Positions 10,919 through 19,508 of a stretch of 64,000 nucleotides of DNA are shown piece by piece; within the stretch, counting starts at the first letter, position 1, and every line of letters begins with the position of its first letter. The notes under the pieces are model-generated. The model searched no databases. It saw nothing but the letters and a program-made list of their open reading frames with translations, and was not told where the DNA came from. The stretch lies in NCBI GenBank assembly GCA_963765575.1, contig CAVXWZ010000005.1, forward strand, positions 1 to 64,000, written 5' to 3'. This stretch comes from an uncultured cyanobacterium (GTDB lineage Bacteria; Cyanobacteriota; Cyanobacteriia; PCC-6307; Cyanobiaceae). The position numbers and the translations under genes are program-made.

Positions 10919-13123
10919 ATGGCCCCACCGCAGATCCCGCCAACCGGCCGGACGCCCCGCTGGCGCCAGTTGCTGCTGATCGCCGCCATCGCCCTGGCCG
11001 TGGCCCTGTTCTTCGCCCTGGGGCTGCACCGGCAGCTCAACCTCGCGGCCCTGCAACGGGCCCATGGCGCCCTGCTGGAGTGGCGGGCCCGCTCGCCCCT
11101 GCTGGTGGCGGGGGCGTACCTGCTGGCTTACGTGCTGGTCACGGCCCTGTCGCTGCCGGGAGCGGCGGTGCTCACCCTGGCTGGCGGGGCGATCTTCGGC
11201 CTGGGGCTGGGCACCCTGCTGGTGTCGTTCGCCTCCAGCGCCGGCGCCCTGCTGGCCTTCCTGGCGGCCCGCACCCTGCTGCGTGATCTGGTGCGGCGGC
11301 GCTTCGGGCGGCAGCTGGCAGCGATCGAGGCGGGCGTGGAGCGCGATGGGGTGCTCTACCTGCTCAGCCTGCGGCTGGCGCCGGTGGTCCCGTTCTTTCT
11401 GATCAACCTGCTGATGGCGCTGACGCCGATGCGGGCCGTCAGCTTCTACCTCACCAGCCAGATCGGCATGCTGCCCGGCACGCTGGTGTACGTGAACGCC
11501 GGCACCCAGCTGGCCCAGCTGCGCGGCCTCGGCGGCATCCTCAGCCCGCCGTTGCTGGGCTCGCTGCTGCTGCTGGCCCTGTTCCCCTGGCTGGCGAAAG
11601 CGGCCACGCGCCGCTGGCAGATCTGGCGGCTCTACCGCCCCTGGCGGCGCCCGCGCCGCTTCGATCGCAACCTGATCGTGATCGGCGCTGGGGCGGCGGG
11701 GCTGGTGACCTCCTACATCGCCGCCACCGTGAAGGCGCGGGTGACGCTGGTGGAACGGGGCGAGATGGGGGGCGACTGCCTCAACACCGGCTGCGTGCCC
11801 AGCAAGGCGCTGATCAGCTCGGCGCGGCTGGCGGCGCGCATGCGCCGGGCCGACCGCTACGGCCTCGAGCCCGTGGAACCGCAGCTGAGCGTGCGCCAGG
11901 TGTTCGCGCGCGTGGCCGCCAAGGTGGAGGCGATCGCGCCCCACGACAGCGTCGCGCGCTACGAGGACCTGGGGGTGGAGGTGTTGCGCGGCCAGGCCCG
12001 CCTGCTCGATCCCTGGACCGTGGCGATCCAGGACCATCAGGGTGCGGAGCGGCGGCTGACGGCACGGTCGATCGTGCTGGCCACAGGCGCTCAGCCGATG
12101 GTGCCGCCGTTGCCCGGCATCGATCAGGTTCCCCTGCTCACCAGCGAGACGGTGTGGAGCTGGCTGGGCAGCTGCGCCCTGGAGCGGCCGCGGCTGGTGG
12201 TGCTCGGGGGCGGGCCGATCGCCTGCGAGCTGGCCCAGGCCCTGGCCCAGCTGGGCCTGCCGATCACCCAGATCCAGCGCAGCGGGCGCCTGCTGAAGAA
12301 GGAAGACGCCGATGTGGCGGCCGAGGTGCAACTGGCCCTGGAGGCCGACGGCGTGACCCTGCACACCGGCGCCCAGGTGCTCGGCTTCGAGCGGGCACCC
12401 GGCCCCCAGGGGGCGGTGTCGGTGCTGGTGCAACGGGGACAGCAGCAGCAGCGCATCGCCTGCGACGCCGTGCTCTGTGCCCTCGGCCGCCGCGCCCGGC
12501 TCACGGGCTACGGCCTCGAGGAACTCGGCATCCCCACCGGCGCCACCGTCACCACCAATGCCTTCCTGCAGACCAATTACCCCAACATCTATGCGGCCGG
12601 CGATGTGGCCGGGCCCTTCCAGTTCACCCACACCGCCGCCCACCAGGCCTGGTATGCCGCCGTCAATGCCCTGTTCGGCAACCTGCGCTCCTTCAAGGCC
12701 GATTACCGCGTGCTTCCCCGCACCACCTTCACCGAACCAGAGGTGGCCACCGTGGGACTCACCGAGGCCGACGCCACAGCGCAGCAGGTGGCGGTGGAGG
12801 TGACCCGCTTCCCCCTGCACGAGCTCGACCGCGCCATCGTGGAGAGTGCCGAGCAGGGCTTCGTGAAGGTGCTCACCCAGCCCGGCAGCGACCGCATCCT
12901 CGGCGCCACGATCGTGGGTGAGCACGCCGGCGAACTCCTGGCCGAGTTCGTGCTGGCCATGACGTGGGGTCTGGGGTTGAGCAAGATCTTCGCCACCATC
13001 CATGCCTACCCCACCTTCACCGAGGCCAACAAAGCCGCCGCCGCCAGCTGGAAGAAACAGCGGGTGCCCCACCATCTGATGCCCTGGCTGCGCCGCTACC
13101 ACGCCTGGCGGCGGCATGGCTGA
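10919..13123 (+). CDS. Fusion: TVP38/TMEM64 (DedA superfamily) membrane domain + FAD-dependent pyridine nucleotide-disulfide oxidoreductase
   Basis: N-terminal SLPGA..LRLAPVVPFFLINL..SQIGMLPGT; then GAGAAG, GGDCLNTGCVPSK, GGGPIACE, AAGDV, HAYPTFTE. Confidence 0.9.
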   Translation: MAPPQIPPTGRTPRWRQLLLIAAIALAVALFFALGLHRQLNLAALQRAHGALLEWRARSPLLVAGAYLLAYVLVTALSLPGAAVLTLAGGAIFGLGLGTLLVSFASSAGALLAFLAARTLLRDLVRRRFGRQLAAIEAGVERDGVLYLLSLRLAPVVPFFLINLLMALTPMRAVSFYLTSQIGMLPGTLVYVNAGTQLAQLRGLGGILSPPLLGSLLLLALFPWLAKAATRRWQIWRLYRPWRRPRRFDRNLIVIGAGAAGLVTSYIAATVKARVTLVERGEMGGDCLNTGCVPSKALISSARLAARMRRADRYGLEPVEPQLSVRQVFARVAAKVEAIAPHDSVARYEDLGVEVLRGQARLLDPWTVAIQDHQGAERRLTARSIVLATGAQPMVPPLPGIDQVPLLTSETVWSWLGSCALERPRLVVLGGGPIACELAQALAQLGLPITQIQRSGRLLKKEDADVAAEVQLALEADGVTLHTGAQVLGFERAPGPQGAVSVLVQRGQQQQRIACDAVLCALGRRARLTGYGLEELGIPTGATVTTNAFLQTNYPNIYAAGDVAGPFQFTHTAAHQAWYAAVNALFGNLRSFKADYRVLPRTTFTEPEVATVGLTEADATAQQVAVEVTRFPLHELDRAIVESAEQGFVKVLTQPGSDRILGATIVGEHAGELLAEFVLAMTWGLGLSKIFATIHAYPTFTEANKAAAASWKKQRVPHHLMPWLRRYHAWRRHG

Positions 13124-13162
13124 GCCCCACGAAGCACTCACCTCCATCCCCCGACCATCTCC

Positions 13163-14230
13163 ATGACGACCTCCACCGACCCCAGCCTGGGCGTGCAGGA
13201 GTACTACGGCGCCACCCTCAGCAGCAGCGCCGACCTGCGCACCAGCGCCTGCTGTGATGCCAGCAGCGTGCCCGCCGCCCTGCGCCCCCTGCTGGCGCGT
13301 ATTCACCCCGAGGTGCTGTCGCGCTACTACGGCTGCGGGCTGGTGGTGCCGCCGCTGCTGGAGGGCCTGCGGGTGCTGGATCTGGGCTGCGGCAGCGGCC
13401 GCGATGTGTATCTGCTGGCCCAGCTGGTGGGGGCCGGCGGCGCGGTGGTGGGCGTGGACATGACGCCGGAGCAGCTGGCGGTGGCCCGGCGGCACCAGCG
13501 GCACCACGCCGAACAGTTCGGCTTCGCCAACGTGGAATTTCTGGAGGGCCGCATCGAGCAACTCGAGCAGTTGCCCCTGGAGCCCGGCAGCTTCGATCTG
13601 GTGATCTCCAACTGCGTGGTCAACCTCTCGGCCGACAAGCTGGCCGTGCTCCAGGGGGTGCGGCGGCTGCTCAAGAGCGGCGGTGAGTTCTATTTCGCCG
13701 ACGTCTACGCCGACCGGCGGGTGCCGGAGGAGCTGCGCCACGATCCGGTGCTCTACGGCGAATGCCTCAGCGGCGCCCTCTACTGGAACGACTTTCTGCG
13801 CCTGGCCCGCCAGGCCGGCTTCGCCGATCCGCGGCTGGTCAGCGACCGGCCCCTGGAGATCACCGATCCGGATCTGGCGGCGCGCACCGGGGCGATCCGC
13901 TTCGCCTCCGCCACCTACCGGCTGTTCCACATCCCCGAGCTGGAGGATGCCGGCGAAGACCACGGCCAGACGGTGACCTACCGCGGCACGATCGCCGAAC
14001 ACCCCCACGCCCTGCCCTTCGACAAGCACCACCACATCGAGACGGGCAAGCCGTTTGCGCTGGACGGCAACACCGTCCGCATGCTGGCGGGCAGCCGGCT
14101 GGCGCCCCATTTCAGCTTCATCGGCGATTTCAGCCGTCACTACGGGCTGTTCGCGGGCCAGGCCTCGGCCACGCCCTTCGACGGGCCCTCGACTGCCGCC
14201 GCCCCCAGCACCGGCCGCAGCTGCTGCTGA
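13163..14230 (+). CDS. arsM: ArsM/AS3MT-like As(III) SAM methyltransferase
   Basis: VQEYYG..SACC, YYGCG, LDLGCGSGRD, GVDMT, ISNCVVNL, YGECLSGAL, C-terminal CC. Confidence 0.85.
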   Translation: MTTSTDPSLGVQEYYGATLSSSADLRTSACCDASSVPAALRPLLARIHPEVLSRYYGCGLVVPPLLEGLRVLDLGCGSGRDVYLLAQLVGAGGAVVGVDMTPEQLAVARRHQRHHAEQFGFANVEFLEGRIEQLEQLPLEPGSFDLVISNCVVNLSADKLAVLQGVRRLLKSGGEFYFADVYADRRVPEELRHDPVLYGECLSGALYWNDFLRLARQAGFADPRLVSDRPLEITDPDLAARTGAIRFASATYRLFHIPELEDAGEDHGQTVTYRGTIAEHPHALPFDKHHHIETGKPFALDGNTVRMLAGSRLAPHFSFIGDFSRHYGLFAGQASATPFDGPSTAAAPSTGRSCC

Positions 14231-14249
14231 GGACAGGCGGCGCCCCTGC

Positions 14250-16451
14250 TCAGCCCACCAATGCAGGAGCAGCGGGCTGGGGCTCCAGCTGGATGGGCAG
14301 GGCGCTGCGCTGGAACCAGCCCTGCTGGGGCAGGGGGCGCACCAGCGCGAGCAGCACCGCCAGCAGGGCACGGGGCTCGTTGGGGGCCTGGCGAGTCGGC
14401 CACAGGGCCGGCTGGCGGTAGAGCAAATGCTGCAAGCGCTCACGCCCGCCAGCGGATAGGCCCAGCCAATGGGCCCCCAGCCGCACGCGGACGCCCCGGC
14501 GCTTGAGCTGGCAGCCGAGCAGCGGCCAGTACTCCCCTGCCAGGGCCGCTCCACCGACACTCAGGGGCTGGCCCAGATCCGGCGCCCAGCCCGGCCGATC
14601 CGGGGCGTTCCAGGCCAGCTCCAGGCCCTGTTCACTGATCGCCGTGAGCCGGGCCGGCCAGCGCTGGCCCTGCTGCTCCAGCCACACCTGGCAGGCCAGG
14701 GGCCGGAACCACACCTCCAGGCCGGAACTGGGCCGGTCCCAGCAGGCCCGCAGGGCAGCCAGCAGGCTGAGGATCGCCAGGCCACTCCACACCAGGGGCA
14801 GGGCCGGGGCCGTGCTGCGCAGCAGCAACTGGGCATTGAACAGTTGCAGGGCCAGCAGGACCACGAGGGGGATCACCAGGTGGGGGGCGGGGCCAGGGCG
14901 TTGGCGGGTGAAGGTCTTCGGGGTGGCACGGAAACAGCGCGGACGACCCAGCAGGGTGGCCACCACCGCCTGCAGCAGGGGCACCAGAAACACCCAGCGG
15001 TAGAGCTCCGGCAGCAGGGCGGAGCGAGAGCCGTGGCTGAACCAGCGCACCAGCAGCAACTGGGCGGCCGCCAGCGGCAGAGCCACCGTCAGCCAGCCCT
15101 GGTCGACCAGCAGCAGCGGCGGCACCCCCAGGATCCCGAAGCTGAGCGGCAGCAGCAGCAGCAACAGCTGGGGGAACACGTTCAGCCAGTGCAGGATGCC
15201 CTCCAGATAGGCCAGCCGCTGCCATGGCGACAGCCCGGCGATGCGCAACGGACTGGCCGTGGTGCGCAGGGTCTGCAGGGTGCCACTGGCCCAGCGGCCG
15301 CGCTGGCGGGCCATCGCCTCGAGGCTGGGGGGCACCAGACCGGCACTGAGTTTCTCGTTGAGATAGACACAGCGGTGACCCGCCGCGGCGATGCGGATGC
15401 CCGTGGCCAGGTCTTCCGAGGGGGTCTGGGTGTCAAAGCCACCCACCTGCAGCAGGGCCCGACGGCGCATCACAAAGGAGGTGCCGGCGCACACCACCGC
15501 CCCCACGCCCTGGCGGGTGGGCTCGATCCAGCGGTAGAAGTACTCCTCATCGGGCATCAGCCAGCGCTCCAGGCCCAGGTTGCGGATCACCGGATCGGCA
15601 TTCATGTAGCTCTGGGGCGTCTGCACCAGGCCCACCCGCAAATCCTCGAACAGGCCCACGGTGCGAGCCAGAAACCCCCGCTGGGGGATCACATCGGCGT
15701 CGAACACCGCCAGCAGATCTCCCTCCAGCTCGTCCAGCACGTGGTTGAGGTTGCCGGCCTTGGCCTGACTGCGGTCCGCTCGGCTGCGATAGCGGCAGCC
15801 CAGTCGGCGGCAGAGGGCGGCCAGCTCCGGACGGGGACCGTCATCGAGCAGCCACACCGTCAGACCTGGGTGGTCGAGGGCCAGACAGCCCCGCAGGCAG
15901 CGCTCCACCAGGTCCAGGGGTTCCCCGCAGCAGGGCACCAGCACATCCACAGCCGGCAGGTGAGCGGGATCCTGCAGGCGCCGCCGGCGCAGCCTCAGGG
16001 CGGCCTGCTCGGCCTCATGCCCCACCGGCGGCTCGCGAAACCAGGCCAACACCAGCTGCAGCAGGCCATGGCCGAGCAGGAGGCATTCGGCCGCCAGCAT
16101 CGCCAGGCTGATGGCGGCGGCCAGCGGCGTGGCCAGGTTGAGGGTGCTGCTGCCGCGCCACACCAGGTAGCTGATGCTGAGCAGCGCGAGCACCGCAATC
16201 GCGCTGCGGCGCGCGGCCATGGGTTGGTCGGCTTCGGGCCGGCGGCGCAGCCAAAGCGCCCAGCCCAGCACCAGCAGCAGGGGCAGGGCCATCAGCGGAC
16301 CAGCACCAGCAGCGGCCTCTCCGGGCCCGCGAACCACAGCCATGGCTGCCAGCGGCACCAGGGCCGCAAGCCAGAAGCCCAGCCCCTGCTGGCGAGGCCC
16401 GGCCCGGAGATTTCCAGGCCGCGCGACCGCAGCGATTGGTTCGCACACCAT
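14250..16451 (-). CDS. Cellulose-synthase-like processive GT2 (BcsA-like) with degenerate PilZ-like C-terminus
   Basis: DVLVP, DDG, KAGNLN, FDAD, QTPQ, SED, QRGRW (QxxRW), FRATPK, flanking TM helices; start uncertain. Confidence 0.85.
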   Translation of the reverse strand: MVCEPIAAVARPGNLRAGPRQQGLGFWLAALVPLAAMAVVRGPGEAAAGAGPLMALPLLLVLGWALWLRRRPEADQPMAARRSAIAVLALLSISYLVWRGSSTLNLATPLAAAISLAMLAAECLLLGHGLLQLVLAWFREPPVGHEAEQAALRLRRRRLQDPAHLPAVDVLVPCCGEPLDLVERCLRGCLALDHPGLTVWLLDDGPRPELAALCRRLGCRYRSRADRSQAKAGNLNHVLDELEGDLLAVFDADVIPQRGFLARTVGLFEDLRVGLVQTPQSYMNADPVIRNLGLERWLMPDEEYFYRWIEPTRQGVGAVVCAGTSFVMRRRALLQVGGFDTQTPSEDLATGIRIAAAGHRCVYLNEKLSAGLVPPSLEAMARQRGRWASGTLQTLRTTASPLRIAGLSPWQRLAYLEGILHWLNVFPQLLLLLLPLSFGILGVPPLLLVDQGWLTVALPLAAAQLLLVRWFSHGSRSALLPELYRWVFLVPLLQAVVATLLGRPRCFRATPKTFTRQRPGPAPHLVIPLVVLLALQLFNAQLLLRSTAPALPLVWSGLAILSLLAALRACWDRPSSGLEVWFRPLACQVWLEQQGQRWPARLTAISEQGLELAWNAPDRPGWAPDLGQPLSVGGAALAGEYWPLLGCQLKRRGVRVRLGAHWLGLSAGGRERLQHLLYRQPALWPTRQAPNEPRALLAVLLALVRPLPQQGWFQRSALPIQLEPQPAAPALVG

Positions 16452-16614
16452 GGCAGGAGTGGAGAGGGTCGGCGAGCAAGCTCAGGTCACAGTCTGTGAT
16501 GCAAACTCTGACGCCGCGATTGACGACGGTTGCCTCCTGACTACCGCTCAGACCCACAAGCGGATTGAGGGGAGCGGAAGCTGGACGGGATCAGCCAATG
16601 GCAGCCCAGGCGCC

Positions 16615-16866
16615 TCAGGAGCGCGGCTTGATCACCTGCAACACCTGGGGGCCGGTGGCAGCCAGACGGCGCTCACAGTCCAGCGCCGCCAGGATCCCCC
16701 GAGCACACGGCTCGAGCTCGCCAGCCTCAGCGGCGGCCCTGGCCGCGCCATCCAGGGCAACGATGCGCGCCCGCAGCTCAACCTTGAGGTCGCGCTGATG
16801 AGCCTGGCCGCTGAGACGGGCCTGGTCGGCGAGGGTGGAAGGCCTGGCGGGCAGGGTTGCCGTCAT
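16615..16866 (-). CDS. Small conserved cyanobacterial hypothetical protein
   Basis: 83-aa ORF with ATG; C-terminus ILAALDCERR...GPQVLQVIKPRS resembles picocyanobacterial small proteins (from recall). Confidence 0.65.
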   Translation of the reverse strand: MTATLPARPSTLADQARLSGQAHQRDLKVELRARIVALDGAARAAAEAGELEPCARGILAALDCERRLAATGPQVLQVIKPRS

Positions 16867-17172
16867 ACCGGTGTGGGAAAGGATTGGACAAGGGACCGTG
16901 GGGCGGAGTTGAAGTGAGCTGCTGCGATGGCCTGAAGCACCCTGGCTGTGATCTCGAGTCTGTCATCCAGTGGCTGTCAACACGCGTCGGACGTCAGCAT
17001 GAGGAACGCTGCCTCAAAAAGCTGCAATACCAGGTGGGTTTCAGCTGATGCGGGAGCTCACTGGAGACCATCAGAATCTCCCTACGACGACAACAATGAG
17101 GTGAAAAGTCTCGACGTTGTCGCTGACTGGTGTACCGCCACGGTTTGGCGAGGAGGGCGACGCCTCAAACGC

Positions 17173-17460
17173 TCAGGTACCAGGTTCTTCGCAATCCCCC
17201 CCCAGGGCTGCAATCTGATCCCGCAGGTCGCGTTCCCGCTGCCGATCTCCACGGGTGAGAGCAACGGCCAGGGCGAACTGAAGTTTTTCACGCTGATGAT
17301 CACCGTCCTCGCTGCTGGCGGCGATGGGCGGGAAGGGGCGCTTCGCTGGAGCCGAGCGGTGATGGGACGTCCTGGGAGAGCCGGTGACGGCAGCAGCTGA
17401 GGCTGAGGCTGGCTGCGGCTGACGGGGAGTGCGCGGGGCTGGGGAAAGCCATGAGCTCAC
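17173..17460 (-). CDS. Small hypothetical protein (start uncertain)
   Basis: C-terminus EKLQFALAVALTRGD...IAALGGDCEEPGT resembles a picocyanobacterial small-protein family (from recall). Confidence 0.55.
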   Translation of the reverse strand: MSSWLSPAPRTPRQPQPASASAAAVTGSPRTSHHRSAPAKRPFPPIAASSEDGDHQREKLQFALAVALTRGDRQRERDLRDQIAALGGDCEEPGT

Positions 17461-17533
17461 TTTCTTCCCATTTTGGCATCACCTACCGGCAAAGGCGAGG
17501 AGGTCGCCATTGGGTCAGGGGACGGTACCCGGA

Positions 17534-17911
17534 TCAGGCCGCCAGCTCCTGCAGGTCAGTGCCATCCTCACCCTGCTCGCGATGATCGATGTCCAGGGGT
17601 TGATCCATGTCCAGGGGTTGGTGGTGCCCAGCCAGGCCTGCATCGTCGGCATCAGCCTCGGCCATGGGGGAAGCCTCCTGATCCAGCCCCAGCAGAAGGC
17701 GACAGTCGAGCAGCAGCTGCTCCACGTTCTCCAGGCTGCTGAGTTCCTGGGGGTCGCTCTGCTCACGTCGCTCATCAGCCTGGTTGACCAGCACTTCCAG
17801 GCCTTGCAGACGCTGCTCGAGCTGCACCAGCCGCTGGGAAAGGGCGTGGATGGTGTGGGCCAGATCTTCGGTGCTGCGAGTGATCCGGAAAGACACGGAG
17901 GCGGGGGCCAT
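17534..17911 (-). CDS. Conserved coiled-coil hypothetical protein
   Basis: MAPASVSFRITRSTEDLAHTIHALSQRLVQLEQRL, acidic tail with QPLDMD/QPLDID duplication. Confidence 0.75.
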   Translation of the reverse strand: MAPASVSFRITRSTEDLAHTIHALSQRLVQLEQRLQGLEVLVNQADERREQSDPQELSSLENVEQLLLDCRLLLGLDQEASPMAEADADDAGLAGHHQPLDMDQPLDIDHREQGEDGTDLQELAA

Positions 17912-18038
17912 GGCGGTGCGATGCGCAGGAGCCGATGACAACACATCCCCACACCGTGCGCACGTCGGGGTTTGCCAGCCCCCAGCAACTGCCCTGAGGG
18001 CAGCTGCCGCCTTCTCTGGCGATGATGGGGCCATGGCC

Positions 18039-18548
18039 ATGCCCTGGACCCTGCTGCTGTTCGCCCTGACGGGGACGGCCGGCGGCTTGCTGGCGCTGCG
18101 CAGCGGCCTGCCTGCCGCCCCCCTGGCCGGCGCCCTCCTGGCCGCGGGGCTGGTCAGTGCCAGTGGGCGCCTGGAGCCGGCCCAGTGGCCGCCGGGCACC
18201 CGCACGGCCCTGGAGATCGCCATCGGCACGGTCATCGGCACCAGCATCAGTGCCACCGCCCTGCTGGAGTTGAGGCAGCTCTGGCGACCCGCCCTGCTGA
18301 TCACCGGCACGCTCGTGCTGGCGGGACTGGCCGTGGCGCTGGTGTGCAGCCGTCTGCTGGGTGTCGATCCGGTGATCGCCCTGCTGGGCTCCGCCCCCGG
18401 AGGCATCAGCGGCATGAGCCTGGCAGGGGCCGAGTTCGGCGTGGGGGCTGCGGTGGCCCTGCTGCACGCCCTGCGGCTGATCACCGTGCTGGTGGTGACT
18501 CCCCTGCTGCTGCGGTTGCTGCTGCCGATCGCCCAACCGCCACCGTGA
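18039..18548 (+). CDS. AbrB-family membrane protein (membrane AbrB duplication type)
   Basis: PAAPLAGA, EIAIGTVIG, LGSAPGGISGMSL, LHALRLITV; highly hydrophobic. Confidence 0.85.
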   Translation: MPWTLLLFALTGTAGGLLALRSGLPAAPLAGALLAAGLVSASGRLEPAQWPPGTRTALEIAIGTVIGTSISATALLELRQLWRPALLITGTLVLAGLAVALVCSRLLGVDPVIALLGSAPGGISGMSLAGAEFGVGAAVALLHALRLITVLVVTPLLLRLLLPIAQPPP

Positions 18549-18667
18549 AAGGCGAAGGGCCCCAGCAGCGGGCCCAGCACAGGGACGCCGGCCACTTCGC
18601 CCCCCGGCCGATCTCGACGCCGACCGATCGCATCGATACCTTGGGCCCCCGATGCCCGAGAGGAGCC

Positions 18668-19090
18668 ATGGCCGATCAACGTCCGTTCAGGCTGGCCCCA
18701 CTGCGGACCTGGCTGCTACCGATGGCAATGCTGGCGGCCGCCTGGGCACCCGCGGGGGCCATGGCCCAGCAGCAGCTGGTCGCCCAGGCCGGCACCGCCT
18801 CGCCCGGCGACAAAGGCGCCCAGATCTACTGCTTCATGCGCGACAGCGGCAACACCCACGACGTCAGCTGGGACGCCGCCTATGAGGTGATCAAGCGCCA
18901 GGGCAACGGCATGTTCCGGCCCTCCCCCCGCCATGGCGCGGTGATGATCACCGAGTCGGTGGTGCAGAACCCGGACGCCTTCCCCAACTGCGGCATGTAT
19001 CTGGGTGACCTCTTCCCCCAGGAGGAACCCGACAGCGCCCCGAAGACCGCCAACGGAGCGATGCAGCGCAGTGAGCGTTACGGCTACTGA
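18668..19090 (+). CDS. Conserved secreted hypothetical protein (DUF6554-like)
   Basis: AGGAG RBS; signal peptide; KGAQIYCFMR..HDVSWDAAY..SPRHGAVMITE..CGMYLGDLF. Confidence 0.8.
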   Translation: MADQRPFRLAPLRTWLLPMAMLAAAWAPAGAMAQQQLVAQAGTASPGDKGAQIYCFMRDSGNTHDVSWDAAYEVIKRQGNGMFRPSPRHGAVMITESVVQNPDAFPNCGMYLGDLFPQEEPDSAPKTANGAMQRSERYGY

Positions 19091-19508
19091 AATCCCGCCG
19101 GGTCGTCCCTTCCGCTCCACCCTGCGGGCCACAGCCCTGCTGGCCTCGGCGTTTGTGCTGCTCGGCTGCAGCGAGCAGCCGCTCCCCCAGCAGGACGGGG
19201 TCCGCAGCGATGACTGTCTGCGCGAGGTGACCCTGGATCGACTGAGCGAACAGATCGCCCTCTGTGACCAGGTCGTGGCGGCCTTTCCCGACGATCCCGC
19301 GCCCCGCAACGACCGCTACCTGCTGCACAGCCTGGCCAACAACGATGCGGCCGCCTGCGAGGACCTGCGCGAGGCCCTGCGTCTGGCGGCAGCAGTGCCG
19401 GAGGATCAGCTGGATGCCCAGCTGCGCAGCGAGCTGGAGGTGCGCCGCACCCTCTGCAACGACGAGCCGCTCACCAGTCCCGCAACACCTCCCGCAACAT
19501 CGCCGTGA
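19071..19508 (+). CDS. Hypothetical lipoprotein
   Basis: Lipobox-like VLLGC; Cys-containing helical domain DCL..CDQVV..ACEDL..LC; start uncertain. Confidence 0.65.
   Translation: MSVTATEIPPGRPFRSTLRATALLASAFVLLGCSEQPLPQQDGVRSDDCLREVTLDRLSEQIALCDQVVAAFPDDPAPRNDRYLLHSLANNDAAACEDLREALRLAAAVPEDQLDAQLRSELEVRRTLCNDEPLTSPATPPATSP

Noticed and set aside
10919..13123. Mercuric reductase MerA / mer operon
   Set aside because: No C-terminal Cys-Cys, no NmerA domain, and no merR/T/P nearby
10520..14560. Very long antisense ORFs (1346 aa here; 1387 aa at 41777-45940; others)
   Set aside because: Shadow frames of real genes in high-GC, codon-biased DNA; no recognisable motifs
17045..17112. Hammerhead ribozyme (CTGATG...GAAA...GTC)
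   Set aside because: Core reads CTGATGC rather than CTGANGA, and the stems do not fit hammerhead topology
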